In this document: in pieces, positions 54,560 through 63,537 of the stretch
Layout of the letters: each line of letters opens with the position of its first letter
Numbering within the stretch: the stretch's first letter is position 1
Assembly: GCA_029101005.1 (NCBI GenBank)
Contig: JAQXQE010000015.1
Location: 58,720-122,719 of the forward strand
Direction of reading: 5' to 3'
Length of the DNA: 64,000 nt
Source of the DNA: Bacillota bacterium
Lineage (GTDB): Bacteria > Bacillota > Clostridia > Peptostreptococcales > Anaerovoracaceae
Translations under genes and position numbers: made by a program
Notes under the pieces: model-generated
Database searches by the model: none
What the model saw: the letters and a program-made list of their open reading frames with translations, nothing else
Told to the model about the DNA's origin: nothing

Positions 54560-55885
54560 CTAGAACGAGACGGTAATAGTTGTTCCAAGACCAGGTGCGC
54601 TGTCAAGCTCAAGCTTCGCGTCGTGAAGCTCCACAATATGCTTCACGATAGCAAGACCAAGGCCTGTACCACCCGTCGCTTTCGAGCGACTTTTATCCAC
54701 TCTATAGAAGCGTTCGAATATTCTCTGCTGCTCTGATGCCGGAATGCCTATGCCGTTATCCCTTACTATGAGCTTAGCTCTGCCGTTCTCGTTCTTAACT
54801 GTGACAGTAACCTTACCACCTTGATTATTATACATAATCGCATTCTGTGCAAGATTCTCGACAAGTTCTTTGAGCATGTTTCTGTTGCCACGCATCTTAA
54901 CGGGCTCACCATCGAAAGAGATGTCGACATCGCGCTGTCCGGCATTTATCTTGAGAGCCTCGCTGCATTCAAGCACAGTTTCGTAGAGGTCTAGCTCTTC
55001 CATCTCTGTGCGTCCTGTCATGCGGTCAAGGTTAGAGAGATTGATGATGTCGTTGATCAGTGCGAGCAGTCGCTCGGAGTTCTTTCTTATCTCCTGGTAA
55101 AAGTGCTTGCGTCCGTCCTCAGCTACCATATCGCCCTCAAGGAGCTCCGCGTAGCCAGATATCGCTGTCAGCGGTGTCTTAAGCTCGTGAGAAACATTAG
55201 CGGTGAAGTCCTGTCTCGCTTTGGCAGCAGACAGAATATCCATATGCTGAGATCTAAGCATCTCAGAGAACGGCTCTAGTTCCTTATAAGGAGCCGTGTA
55301 ATTCGAATTATCGAGATTTGCTGCCATATTCTCGATAGGTCTGAGGAGCTGCTTAGTCAGAAGATGTGAGAGTGCTACGCAGATGGCGATGATGACAAGA
55401 ATAATCAGCGCCATTACTGGGAATACCGATTTGGTTACCGCCCATAAGCTCTGCGCCTGAGTTGCTACTCTAAGAACAGTTCCGTTATCGAGAAGAACAG
55501 CATAATAGTAGGTGTTCTTGTTCATAGTATCAGAACGCCTTACTGATTCACCAATTCCATTCTCGAAAGCATCGTGAACCTCAGGCCTGTCCATATGGTT
55601 AGCCAGAGTCTCAGCAGATGCATCATTGTCGTACAGAACCGTACCATCAGCAGCAATCCAGCTTACTCTGAGTTCCTCGAAATGAGTAGACAGTCGAATA
55701 TCATCGGTATCGGAATTAGCCGACTCGAAGAAATGCGTATCCTTGAGAAGCTTTGCACTGATGCTGAGATCTGCCCTGACCTGCTTCTGGAAGAGGCTGT
55801 AATATATAATTGTAATAGCCATAGCTGTGGCAATAATCGCGAGAACCGCAATGCCTACAAGCCGTGAATTTATCTTGCTTTTCAT
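54560..55885 (-). CDS. Sensor histidine kinase, PhoR-like
   Basis: Two TM helices flank a sensor domain. H-box HELKTPLTAISGYAELL, N box, G1 DNGIGIP and G2 GGTGLGLAIV are present. It is located in the pst/phoU cluster. Confidence 0.85.
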   Translation of the reverse strand: MKSKINSRLVGIAVLAIIATAMAITIIYYSLFQKQVRADLSISAKLLKDTHFFESANSDTDDIRLSTHFEELRVSWIAADGTVLYDNDASAETLANHMDRPEVHDAFENGIGESVRRSDTMNKNTYYYAVLLDNGTVLRVATQAQSLWAVTKSVFPVMALIILVIIAICVALSHLLTKQLLRPIENMAANLDNSNYTAPYKELEPFSEMLRSQHMDILSAAKARQDFTANVSHELKTPLTAISGYAELLEGDMVAEDGRKHFYQEIRKNSERLLALINDIINLSNLDRMTGRTEMEELDLYETVLECSEALKINAGQRDVDISFDGEPVKMRGNRNMLKELVENLAQNAIMYNNQGGKVTVTVKNENGRAKLIVRDNGIGIPASEQQRIFERFYRVDKSRSKATGGTGLGLAIVKHIVELHDAKLELDSAPGLGTTITVSF

Positions 55886-56550
55886 TCGATTACATATCCT
55901 ACATTACGTACAGTTCTGATTCTGTTGCCGTAATCACCGAGCTTGTGGCGCAGTGTCTTAACGTGCATATCGATAGTTCTTGATTCACCCTCGTAATCAG
56001 TGCCCCATACCTGATCCATAATAGTATCACGGTTGAGTACAATTCCCTTATTCATAACGAAAAGGGAGAGCAGTTCATACTCTTTGAAAGTGAGTTCGAT
56101 TACATTACCTGAGATAGCAACCTCTCTCTTCTCGTTGTTGATAACAAGGTCGTCGAGTCTGAGTTCCTTAATCTCCTCAGGCTGACTTCTTCTGAGAAGA
56201 GCCTTTACTCTGGACATAAGTTCCATAACAGAGAAAGGCTTCTTGATATAGTCATCAGCGCCATCTTCGAGGCCCTTGACCAGATCAAGCTCTGTCGTCT
56301 TTGCAGTGACCATGATTACAGGAATCATCCTCGTGTCTGGATTCCTTCTGAGCTTCTTGACAATATCGTTGCCACTCTCATCAGGCAGCATCACATCGAC
56401 AAGGCAGAGATCCGGAAGCACATCCTCGAGGCGTCTGTAGAAATCCTTAGCGCATGGGAAACCGATGACCTTGTGCCCTGCATTCATGAGCGCAAACTCT
56501 TCAATCTCTCTTATGCTATCATCATCCTCGATAATATATATAAGTGCCAT
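55882..56550 (-). CDS. OmpR-family response regulator, PhoP/PhoB-like
   Basis: Receiver domain (IIEDDDSI, LVDVMLPD, MVTAK) plus a winged-helix output domain (RTVRNVGYVIE). It overlaps the kinase start by 4 nt. Confidence 0.9.
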   Translation of the reverse strand: MALIYIIEDDDSIREIEEFALMNAGHKVIGFPCAKDFYRRLEDVLPDLCLVDVMLPDESGNDIVKKLRRNPDTRMIPVIMVTAKTTELDLVKGLEDGADDYIKKPFSVMELMSRVKALLRRSQPEEIKELRLDDLVINNEKREVAISGNVIELTFKEYELLSLFVMNKGIVLNRDTIMDQVWGTDYEGESRTIDMHVKTLRHKLGDYGNRIRTVRNVGYVIE

Positions 56551-56571
56551 TACTTTACCCTTTCTATTCTC

Positions 56572-58359
56572 CTATACATTCATAATAGCATCCTGCTTAC
56601 CGATAGGATACTTATTTATTAATTCTTCATACTCTTTGTTGAAAAGATCCTGCTCTTCAGCCGAGAAGTTTCTGAAGTACTCGTGAGTGCTGTAGTCGTT
56701 CTCGTAGATTGTAATCATCTCTATCGCGATATTTGAGCAGTGATCAGATACTCTTTCAAGTCCTGTGAGGATATCCTCGAGAATGAAGCCCATCTCAATT
56801 GAACACTTGCCCTGCTGCAGTCTTCTGATGTGGTTCTCTTTGATCTTCTTAGAGAGTGTATCGATAACCTCCTCAAGAGGCTCTACATGTAATGCTGCTT
56901 CGCCGTCTGAATTGCAGAAAGTATCTGTAGTGAGTCTGCAGATATCGCTTACTGCTCTGCAGAGGGTCTCAACCTCAAGCTTAGCTTTAGGTGTGAATGA
57001 GAGACCTTTAGTATGAATCTCCTCAGCTGACTTGACGATATCAAGTGCATGGTCTGATATTCTCTCGAAGTCACTGATACTGTGCAGAATGATTGACATA
57101 CTCTGGCTATCAGCCTGAGAGATATTCTTACTTGAGAGCTTAACGAGATATGTACCTAGCACATCCTCGTATCTGTCAGCAAGAGTCTCAAGGCGAACAA
57201 CTTCCTTAGCCTTATCTGCATCATAGCTGACGAGAACATCAAGTGCCGTATCGATAGCCTCTCTTGATACCTCAGCCATCTCGCGAGCCTTAGCTCTGCA
57301 GAGCTCCATAGCGAAGGCTGGGTTGCCGATGAATCTCTCGTCGATTGCAACAGGATCATCCTCAAGCTCGACATCGAGTTCCTTATCTCTGATAGTCATC
57401 TCAGTAAGCTTTACAAGCTGGTTTGACAGAGGATAGAGAAGAAGTGTCGCGCCGATATTGAATAAGCTGTGGATTACTGCGATTCCTGCAGCATTTGCTG
57501 AATCGTTAAGGAATGCGAAGTTGATGAAGTTGTGCATTCCGTAGAATACAACCATAATTACAATCGTACCGATCAGGTTGAAGTATAGGTGAATCATTGC
57601 CGCTCTCTTCGCATTCTTGCTAGCTCCAATAGATGAGATCAGCGATGTCACGCAGGTACCGATATTCTGACCCATTATGATAGGAAGTGCTACCGAATAG
57701 TGTAACGCACCAGTTGAACAAAGTGCCTGCAGGATTCCAACTGAAGCAGATGAACTCTGGATGATGGCTGTGAGGATTGCACCAGCTGCCATTCCGAGAA
57801 TTGGGTTGCTGAATGCAGTCATCAGACTTGTGAATGATGGATTATCTGCAAGTCCGGCTACTGAATCACTCATAGTCTCCATTCCGAACATCAGAATAGC
57901 GAAACCCAGAAGAATTCCACCGATGTCCTTCTTCTTTGATTCGCTCTTGCTTGCCATAATCATAATGATACCAATCGCAGCGAGCACAGGTGAGAATGAA
58001 GATGGCTTGAGTAGCTTAAGCAAAAGCGTACTTCCCTCAATGCCTGTCAGCGAGAGCATCCATGAAGTAATTGTTGTTCCGATGTTAGCTCCCATAATGA
58101 TGCCGACTGCCTGCCCCAGCTTCATAATGCCGGAGTTAACGAATCCGACTACCATTACTGTAGTAGCAGATGACGACTGGATTACAGCGGTTACTCCAGC
58201 ACCGAGCAGTACCGCATATATCTTCTTAGTAGTAAGTCTCTCGAGGATGCTCTCGAGCCTACCACCAGCCATCTTGGACAGTCCATCTCCCATTACACTC
58301 ATTCCATAGAGGAAGAGTGCCAGGCCTCCAATCATGTTTAATATATCAAAAATGTCCAT
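56572..58359 (-). CDS. Na/Pi cotransporter family protein (NptA-type membrane domain fused to PhoU-like repeats)
   Basis: The N-terminal half is polytopic with duplicated QSSSATT/QSSSASV motifs. The C-terminal half has two PhoU-like ERISDHA/ERVSDHC helices. Confidence 0.85.
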   Translation of the reverse strand: MDIFDILNMIGGLALFLYGMSVMGDGLSKMAGGRLESILERLTTKKIYAVLLGAGVTAVIQSSSATTVMVVGFVNSGIMKLGQAVGIIMGANIGTTITSWMLSLTGIEGSTLLLKLLKPSSFSPVLAAIGIIMIMASKSESKKKDIGGILLGFAILMFGMETMSDSVAGLADNPSFTSLMTAFSNPILGMAAGAILTAIIQSSSASVGILQALCSTGALHYSVALPIIMGQNIGTCVTSLISSIGASKNAKRAAMIHLYFNLIGTIVIMVVFYGMHNFINFAFLNDSANAAGIAVIHSLFNIGATLLLYPLSNQLVKLTEMTIRDKELDVELEDDPVAIDERFIGNPAFAMELCRAKAREMAEVSREAIDTALDVLVSYDADKAKEVVRLETLADRYEDVLGTYLVKLSSKNISQADSQSMSIILHSISDFERISDHALDIVKSAEEIHTKGLSFTPKAKLEVETLCRAVSDICRLTTDTFCNSDGEAALHVEPLEEVIDTLSKKIKENHIRRLQQGKCSIEMGFILEDILTGLERVSDHCSNIAIEMITIYENDYSTHEYFRNFSAEEQDLFNKEYEELINKYPIGKQDAIMNV

Positions 58360-58417
58360 ACATTAATCCCTTTCTGAGTTATCCTAGTTTATACAGTTTA
58401 TAGAATAATTTGACAAA

Positions 58418-58456
58418 GTAAAAAGTATGGACAAAGTTATGTAAAATATATGTAAA
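58418..58456 (-). promoter_or_regulatory. PhoP-type Pho-box array upstream of the Na/Pi cotransporter gene
   Basis: The minus strand reads TTTACA-tatat-TTTACA-taact-TTGTCC-atact-TTTTAC. That is four hexamers at an exact 11-bp period, as in Bacillus PhoP boxes TT(A/T/C)ACA-N5. A TATTCT/TATAAA -10 candidate lies about 10 nt downstream. Confidence 0.6.
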
Positions 58457-58464
58457 ATAATTCT

Positions 58465-59112
58465 CTAGTGCTCGACAGATGTCTGCAGCGAGTAGATTAC
58501 CCATTCTGCGATATTTGTCGCGTGATCACCTATTCTCTCGAAATACTTTGCAATCATCAGAAGATCAGTTGCTTCCTCACCCTCATTCGGCTCATCGAGT
58601 ATCAGCTTGATGACATCCTTCTTAGCTTCGCTGAAGAGCTTATCCACGATATCATCGTGTGCAATTACTTCCTCAGCCTTAGGGATATCCTTCTCTACAT
58701 ATGCTTCAATGCTGTGATTGAGCATCATCATAGTCTCGCTGGCCATCTTTCTGATGTGGTCATACTTCTCAACTGGGCTGTTCTGTCCCATAAGGACTGT
58801 AATCTCTGAGATGTCTGCAGCGTGGTCACCAATTCTCTCCATATCAGTTACCATCTTCATAGCAGCTGTAACAGTTCTCAGATCTCTTGCTACAGGTTGC
58901 TGCTGAATCAACAGATTGAAGCAGGTACTCTCGATAGTCTTCTGAAGGCGATCAACCTCAATATCCTCCTCCATAATCTGTCTTGCGAGATCCTCATTAT
59001 GAGTGATAAGCGCCTCAATTGCTGACTTGATAGAAAGGATAATCTTGTTGCCCATCTCTATCATTTCTCTGTTAAGCTCGGCGAGTTGTTCATCAAATTT
59101 GCTTCTCATCAA
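58465..59112 (-). CDS. phoU: Phosphate signalling complex protein PhoU
   Basis: 215 aa with two ERIGDHA repeats. Confidence 0.92.
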   Translation of the reverse strand: MMRSKFDEQLAELNREMIEMGNKIILSIKSAIEALITHNEDLARQIMEEDIEVDRLQKTIESTCFNLLIQQQPVARDLRTVTAAMKMVTDMERIGDHAADISEITVLMGQNSPVEKYDHIRKMASETMMMLNHSIEAYVEKDIPKAEEVIAHDDIVDKLFSEAKKDVIKLILDEPNEGEEATDLLMIAKYFERIGDHATNIAEWVIYSLQTSVEH

Positions 59113-59126
59113 TAGCTCCTTCCTGA

Positions 59127-59885
59127 TTAACCGAATCTACCAGTGATATAGTCTTCTGTTCGCTGATCCTTAGGATATGTGAACAGCTGTTTTGTCTCGT
59201 CGAACTCTACCATCTCTCCATGGAGGAAGAATGCTGTGTAATCAGATACTCTAAGCGCCTGCTGCATATTATGAGTAACTACTACTACGGTATACTTCTT
59301 CTTCAGTTCCTCCATCAGATCTTCAATCTTTGTGGTTGAGATCGGATCGAGAGCTGAAGTTGGCTCGTCCATCAGAAGAACCTCCGGCTCAACCGCGAGA
59401 GCTCGCGCGATGCAGATTCTCTGCTGCTGACCACCAGACAGCCCGAGAGCTGATTTTCTCAATCTATCCTTGACCTCATCCCAGATAGCTGCGCCTCTGA
59501 GGCTATCCTCTACTATCTTGTCGAGAGTATTCTTGTCCTTGATGCCGTGAACACGTGGACCGTAAGCTACGTTGTCGTAGATGCTCATAGGGAATGGATT
59601 TGGCTGCTGGAAGACCATGCCGACCTTCTTACGAAGCAGTGTCGTGTCGATATCCTTTGAGTATATGTCAGCTCCATCCATCTCCACAGATCCTGTGATT
59701 CTTACGCAGTCCACCAGGTCGTTCATTCTGTTAAGTGTCTTGAGAAAAGTTGTCTTGCCGCAGCCGGACGGTCCTATGAATGCGGTAATGGCATTCTCTT
59801 TGATGTCCATATTCACACCCTTGAGTGCGTGATTCTCACCGTAGTAAAGATTGAGATCATGCACCGATATCTTTGTATTTGCCAT
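59127..59885 (-). CDS. pstB: Phosphate ABC transporter ATP-binding protein
   Basis: Walker [10 protein letters not shown], signature LSGGQQQR, Walker [12 protein letters not shown]. Confidence 0.95.
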   Translation of the reverse strand: MANTKISVHDLNLYYGENHALKGVNMDIKENAITAFIGPSGCGKTTFLKTLNRMNDLVDCVRITGSVEMDGADIYSKDIDTTLLRKKVGMVFQQPNPFPMSIYDNVAYGPRVHGIKDKNTLDKIVEDSLRGAAIWDEVKDRLRKSALGLSGGQQQRICIARALAVEPEVLLMDEPTSALDPISTTKIEDLMEELKKKYTVVVVTHNMQQALRVSDYTAFFLHGEMVEFDETKQLFTYPKDQRTEDYITGRFG

Positions 59886-59891
59886 AGGATT

Positions 59892-60752
59892 CTATTCCTT
59901 TCTTGTAAGATCAAAATGCTTAGTAAGTGCCTTGGTTCCAAGGTTGATTACCAGTACGATTACCAGAAGCACAACCGCAATTCCAAATGCTGTATCGAAG
60001 TCACCCTCACTTGTCGCAGAGAGGTACATCTGAATTGTCAGCGTTCCACCTGATTGCATAGGCTTGTTGAGAAGACCAGCTAAGCCCTGAGGAAGAAGCT
60101 TCGCACTTCCTGCAGTGAAGAGCAGTGCTGCAGACTCTCCCACGATTCTTCCGATAGCCAGAATTGCTCCTGTGATGATTCCTGGCATAGCACTAGGAAT
60201 CAGGATAGTTCTGATCATATGCCACTTACCGCTTCCAAGGCCGATAGCTCCATTTCTGTATGAAGATGGGACAGTCTTGAGTGCCTCCTGTGTGTTTCTA
60301 GTCATCAGTGGCAGAACCATAAGCGTCAGTGTAAGCGAACCAGTAAGAAGAGAGTATCCAAGTCCCAGTTTCTCTCCAAAGAACATCATTCCGAAGAGTC
60401 CGAAGAGGATTGATGGAATGCCTGAGAGCGTCTCAGTTGCATACTCGATTATGCTTACAAGCTTGCCTGGCTTTGCATATTCGTTTAGATAGATCGCACT
60501 TCCTATACCAACAGGTGTTGCAATAAGCATTGTAATAATAATTATCAGTAAAGTATTTACAATATTACCTGCTATACCGACAGTGCCGTTAAGCGCACTC
60601 GTTACAGTTGTCAGGAACGACCAATTGACCGTACCTATACCCTTAATCAGTACGTATACGATGATTCCGAGCAGCAGTGCAACCGAGAATAACACGCATA
60701 CATATATAAGCAGTCTTACAAGACCGTCTTTGATTCGTCTACTATTACTCAT
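59892..60752 (-). CDS. pstA: Phosphate ABC transporter permease PstA
   Basis: Second permease of the operon, 6 TM, with an IGRIVGESAALLFTAG block. Confidence 0.9.
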   Translation of the reverse strand: MSNSRRIKDGLVRLLIYVCVLFSVALLLGIIVYVLIKGIGTVNWSFLTTVTSALNGTVGIAGNIVNTLLIIIITMLIATPVGIGSAIYLNEYAKPGKLVSIIEYATETLSGIPSILFGLFGMMFFGEKLGLGYSLLTGSLTLTLMVLPLMTRNTQEALKTVPSSYRNGAIGLGSGKWHMIRTILIPSAMPGIITGAILAIGRIVGESAALLFTAGSAKLLPQGLAGLLNKPMQSGGTLTIQMYLSATSEGDFDTAFGIAVVLLVIVLVINLGTKALTKHFDLTRKE

Positions 60753-61644
60753 CAGCTACACCTGCCTTTCTCGCCCTAAGCAGTGCGAAGTTGACAATCA
60801 TAATGAAGACATACAGTACCAGTCCTACTGTGAAAAGCACCTCTCGGTGCAGTCCCTGTGCGTAGCCCATCTCACTTACAATCTGTGTAGTGAGTGTTCG
60901 TACTGAGTTGAATGGAAGCGGCAGATTAACTGCACCACCAGCTACCATGTTGATAGCCATCGCCTCACCCAGAGCTCTACCGATTCCGAGTACTACTCCA
61001 GTGAGAATTCCCGACTTAGCTGCCGGAATGACTGTCTTGAAAATTGTCTGCTCCTTAGTTGCTCCGAGTGCCAGTGATGCCGCTCTGAGCTGGTCTGGCA
61101 CAGCCTTGAGTGATGATGTGCTTACACTGATTACAGTAGGTAGAATCATGATAGCGAGCACTATGATTGCTGACAGCATATTCGATCCTCCAGTGAACTG
61201 ATGTGTAGGATCATCCTTGAATAAGGCCATCTCCAGTTTGAATATAATCGGATTGAGTACCATCATACCGATAAGTCCGTAGATAACAGATGGTATTGCA
61301 GCAAGCAGTTCTACAGCACTTCCTACTATTCCTCCAAGCTTCTTGCCTGCCATCTCAGAGAGAAATACTGCTGTCAGTACTCCGATTGGAACTCCGATTG
61401 CAATCGCAGATGCTGTTGCAACTAACGATGATAGAATGATGTACAGTATTCCATATGATGGCTCATCTGCAGCCGGCTTCCAGATGTTACCACAGAGTAA
61501 TTCACTTACCCCGACTTCATGTAAAGCCGGGGTACCCTTGATGAACATGTATATTGTTATTGCGCAGACTGCAAATATAGCTATTACCGCGGATACCAGG
61601 AATATTATCTTCGCGATTAATTCTATAATTGCTTTCTTCTTCAT
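60745..61644 (-). CDS. pstC: Phosphate ABC transporter permease PstC
   Basis: First permease after pstS, 6 TM, with a LGIGRALGEAMAINMV block. Confidence 0.9.
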   Translation of the reverse strand: MKKKAIIELIAKIIFLVSAVIAIFAVCAITIYMFIKGTPALHEVGVSELLCGNIWKPAADEPSYGILYIILSSLVATASAIAIGVPIGVLTAVFLSEMAGKKLGGIVGSAVELLAAIPSVIYGLIGMMVLNPIIFKLEMALFKDDPTHQFTGGSNMLSAIIVLAIMILPTVISVSTSSLKAVPDQLRAASLALGATKEQTIFKTVIPAAKSGILTGVVLGIGRALGEAMAINMVAGGAVNLPLPFNSVRTLTTQIVSEMGYAQGLHREVLFTVGLVLYVFIMIVNFALLRARKAGVADE

Positions 61645-61653
61645 ATCTTCCCC

Positions 61654-62475
61654 TTACTGTGGAATGATAAGTCCAACCTTCTTTGTGATCTCCTGTCCTG
61701 CATCTGATGAGATGTAGTCGAACCATGCCTTTACAACATCATTCTGCTCGCTGATCTCACCGATTGTTGCCATTACGAATGGTCTCTGAAGAATGTAGTT
61801 ACCCTCGAGAATCTGCTCCTCGCTAGCCTCAACTCCGTTAATCTTAACTGCGATTACTGAGTCATCTACTACATCGAGTGATACATATCCGATTGCTCCA
61901 GGTGTTGATGCTACCTTAGCGAGTACTGCTCCTGTTGAGTCGAGTTCCTGTGCATACTTGCAGCTGTCTGTTACCTCAACGAGTTCCTCGAATGCATCTC
62001 TTGTACCTGACCCAGCCTCTCTGCCGATTACTACGATAGGCTGATTTGAACCGCCAAGCTGGCTCCAGTTTGTAATCTCGCCCTTGTAGATCTTAGCGAG
62101 ATCCTCTGATGTTACATCATCTACTGAGTTATCCTTGTCTGTAATTACTGCGATTCCGTCGAGTGCTACGATATTCTCAACTGCTCCACCTGACTTCTCC
62201 TCGTCCTTGAGTGCTCTTGAAGCGTTACCGATATCTACTGAACCAGCATTCAGAGACTCAAGTCCTGCGCCTGATCCTGTGTACTCAACCGTTACTATTA
62301 CACCTGGATTCTCAGCCATGAAGCTCTCTGAGAGTGCTTCACAGTACTTCTCCATTGAAGTTGATCCTGCGAGAGTAAGATTACCCTCGATATCTGATGA
62401 GCCTAATCCACAGGCTGTGAATGATGCTGCCATGAGACAGCTTGCAGCAATTACTGCCAAAGTCTTCTTTCTCAT
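61654..62475 (-). CDS. pstS: Phosphate ABC transporter substrate-binding lipoprotein
   Basis: Lipoprotein signal with lipobox SFTAC. PBP-like fold blocks GSTSM, TGSGAG and EAGSGTRD. Confidence 0.9.
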   Translation of the reverse strand: MRKKTLAVIAASCLMAASFTACGLGSSDIEGNLTLAGSTSMEKYCEALSESFMAENPGVIVTVEYTGSGAGLESLNAGSVDIGNASRALKDEEKSGGAVENIVALDGIAVITDKDNSVDDVTSEDLAKIYKGEITNWSQLGGSNQPIVVIGREAGSGTRDAFEELVEVTDSCKYAQELDSTGAVLAKVASTPGAIGYVSLDVVDDSVIAVKINGVEASEEQILEGNYILQRPFVMATIGEISEQNDVVKAWFDYISSDAGQEITKKVGLIIPQ

Positions 62476-62493
62476 AATCCTTTAATCCTTTCT

Positions 62494-62730
62494 TTATACA
62501 AATTCATGCTTATAGAGGAATAATGTTCCTCCGATTAAACCGATGAATACGGCTGGATAGCCGATATAACAGAGGCACCAGAGCAGACCCATGCAGAAGT
62601 GTCTTCCGAGCATCATCCAGATCAGAGCGCCCGCAATGCCGCTGAGTGTTACCATCAAGGTTAAGAACAGAGTGTTCTTAGTGTGAATTCGCATATTTAT
62701 TTTGTTGAGATTGTTCCAGATTGTTCTCAT
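62494..62730 (-). CDS. Small two-TM membrane protein, hypothetical
   Basis: 78 aa with two hydrophobic helices. It has a strong double SD (GGAGGTAAGGAG) before the ATG and ends 18 nt before pstS. Confidence 0.4.
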   Translation of the reverse strand: MRTIWNNLNKINMRIHTKNTLFLTLMVTLSGIAGALIWMMLGRHFCMGLLWCLCYIGYPAVFIGLIGGTLFLYKHEFV

Positions 62731-62758
62731 AACTCCTTACCTCCTTCTTTCAACTGCA

Positions 62759-62812
62759 TGTTAACAACGCAGTGTAAAATCGACTTGCCCCCATCTGTAA
62801 AACCTTCGTAAA
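62759..62812 (-). promoter_or_regulatory. Pho-box-like repeats upstream of the small ORF and pstS operon
   Basis: The minus strand reads TTTACG-N5-TTTACA-N17-TTTACA-N8-TTAACA. This is less regular than the array at 58418-58456. Confidence 0.4.
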
Positions 62813-62820
62813 GATTGCAT

Positions 62821-62868
62821 CAAAATAGAGCCTGTATGTCTTTGGTTACCCAAAGACATACAGGCTCT
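62821..62868 (-). terminator. 19-bp perfect hairpin after the CDP-alcohol phosphatidyltransferase gene
   Basis: AGAGCCTGTATGTCTTTGG-ttac-CCAAAGACATACAGGCTCT. The minus-strand trailer is ATTTTG, a short U-tract. Confidence 0.6.
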
Positions 62869-62884
62869 TTCGTCGCCAAAAGTA

Positions 62885-63448
62885 TTATCTTCTCTCCTTC
62901 ATATGCAGAATCGAATGTATTTCTGCAGTGTATTCTTTGCTTAATATGTGGATGCTAAGCTCCTCAATTACAGCAATTAAAGCAAGTGTGCAAAGACCCC
63001 AGCAGTATGGAACGCCTGTAGTTAGCCACAGCGCATACGGAAGCAGGAAGACCAATGCTCCAGTCAACTTGTTCAGATATGTGTGAATCGCAGCGAATCT
63101 GTGATACTTGGTCCACGCATAGGTGTATGATATGACGCGCAGAATAAGCACAGCTAATAGAAGGAACCAGATGCCGCTTGGCATTCTCGCCCATAATACT
63201 GGCATAATCTTTATCATCATAATGGTGTAGAACATAAGATCAGCTACGCTGTCCAGTTTCGCACCGAAGTCGCTCGCTATGCCAAGTTTCCTTGCTAGCG
63301 TGCCATCGATGATATCTGTCAGGCCACAGATGGTATATATGATGATGAATATCGGTGAATACAGTGATATGAACGCGAGAGCAATAGCCGCAAATATGCG
63401 GACTGAGGTGATGCTGTCGGCTATATTCCATTTGTGTTTACTGTCCAT
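62885..63448 (-). CDS. CDP-alcohol phosphatidyltransferase family protein (second paralog in window)
   Basis: Motif DIIDGTLARKLGIASDFGAKLDSVADL; 187 aa polytopic. Confidence 0.8.
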   Translation of the reverse strand: MDSKHKWNIADSITSVRIFAAIALAFISLYSPIFIIIYTICGLTDIIDGTLARKLGIASDFGAKLDSVADLMFYTIMMIKIMPVLWARMPSGIWFLLLAVLILRVISYTYAWTKYHRFAAIHTYLNKLTGALVFLLPYALWLTTGVPYCWGLCTLALIAVIEELSIHILSKEYTAEIHSILHMKERR

Positions 63449-63508
63449 ACTTTACTCTCTTCTCGCAATTAACCGAAAAGTGAGACAATATAAGCCCCCT
63501 TTTCTTGC

Positions 63509-63537
63509 ATTCTACTATTCTAATGTGTTATTTGCAA
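63509..63537 (-). promoter_or_regulatory. Promoter of the CDP-alcohol phosphatidyltransferase gene
   Basis: On the minus strand: TTGCAA, a 17-nt spacer, TAGAAT. Confidence 0.45.
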
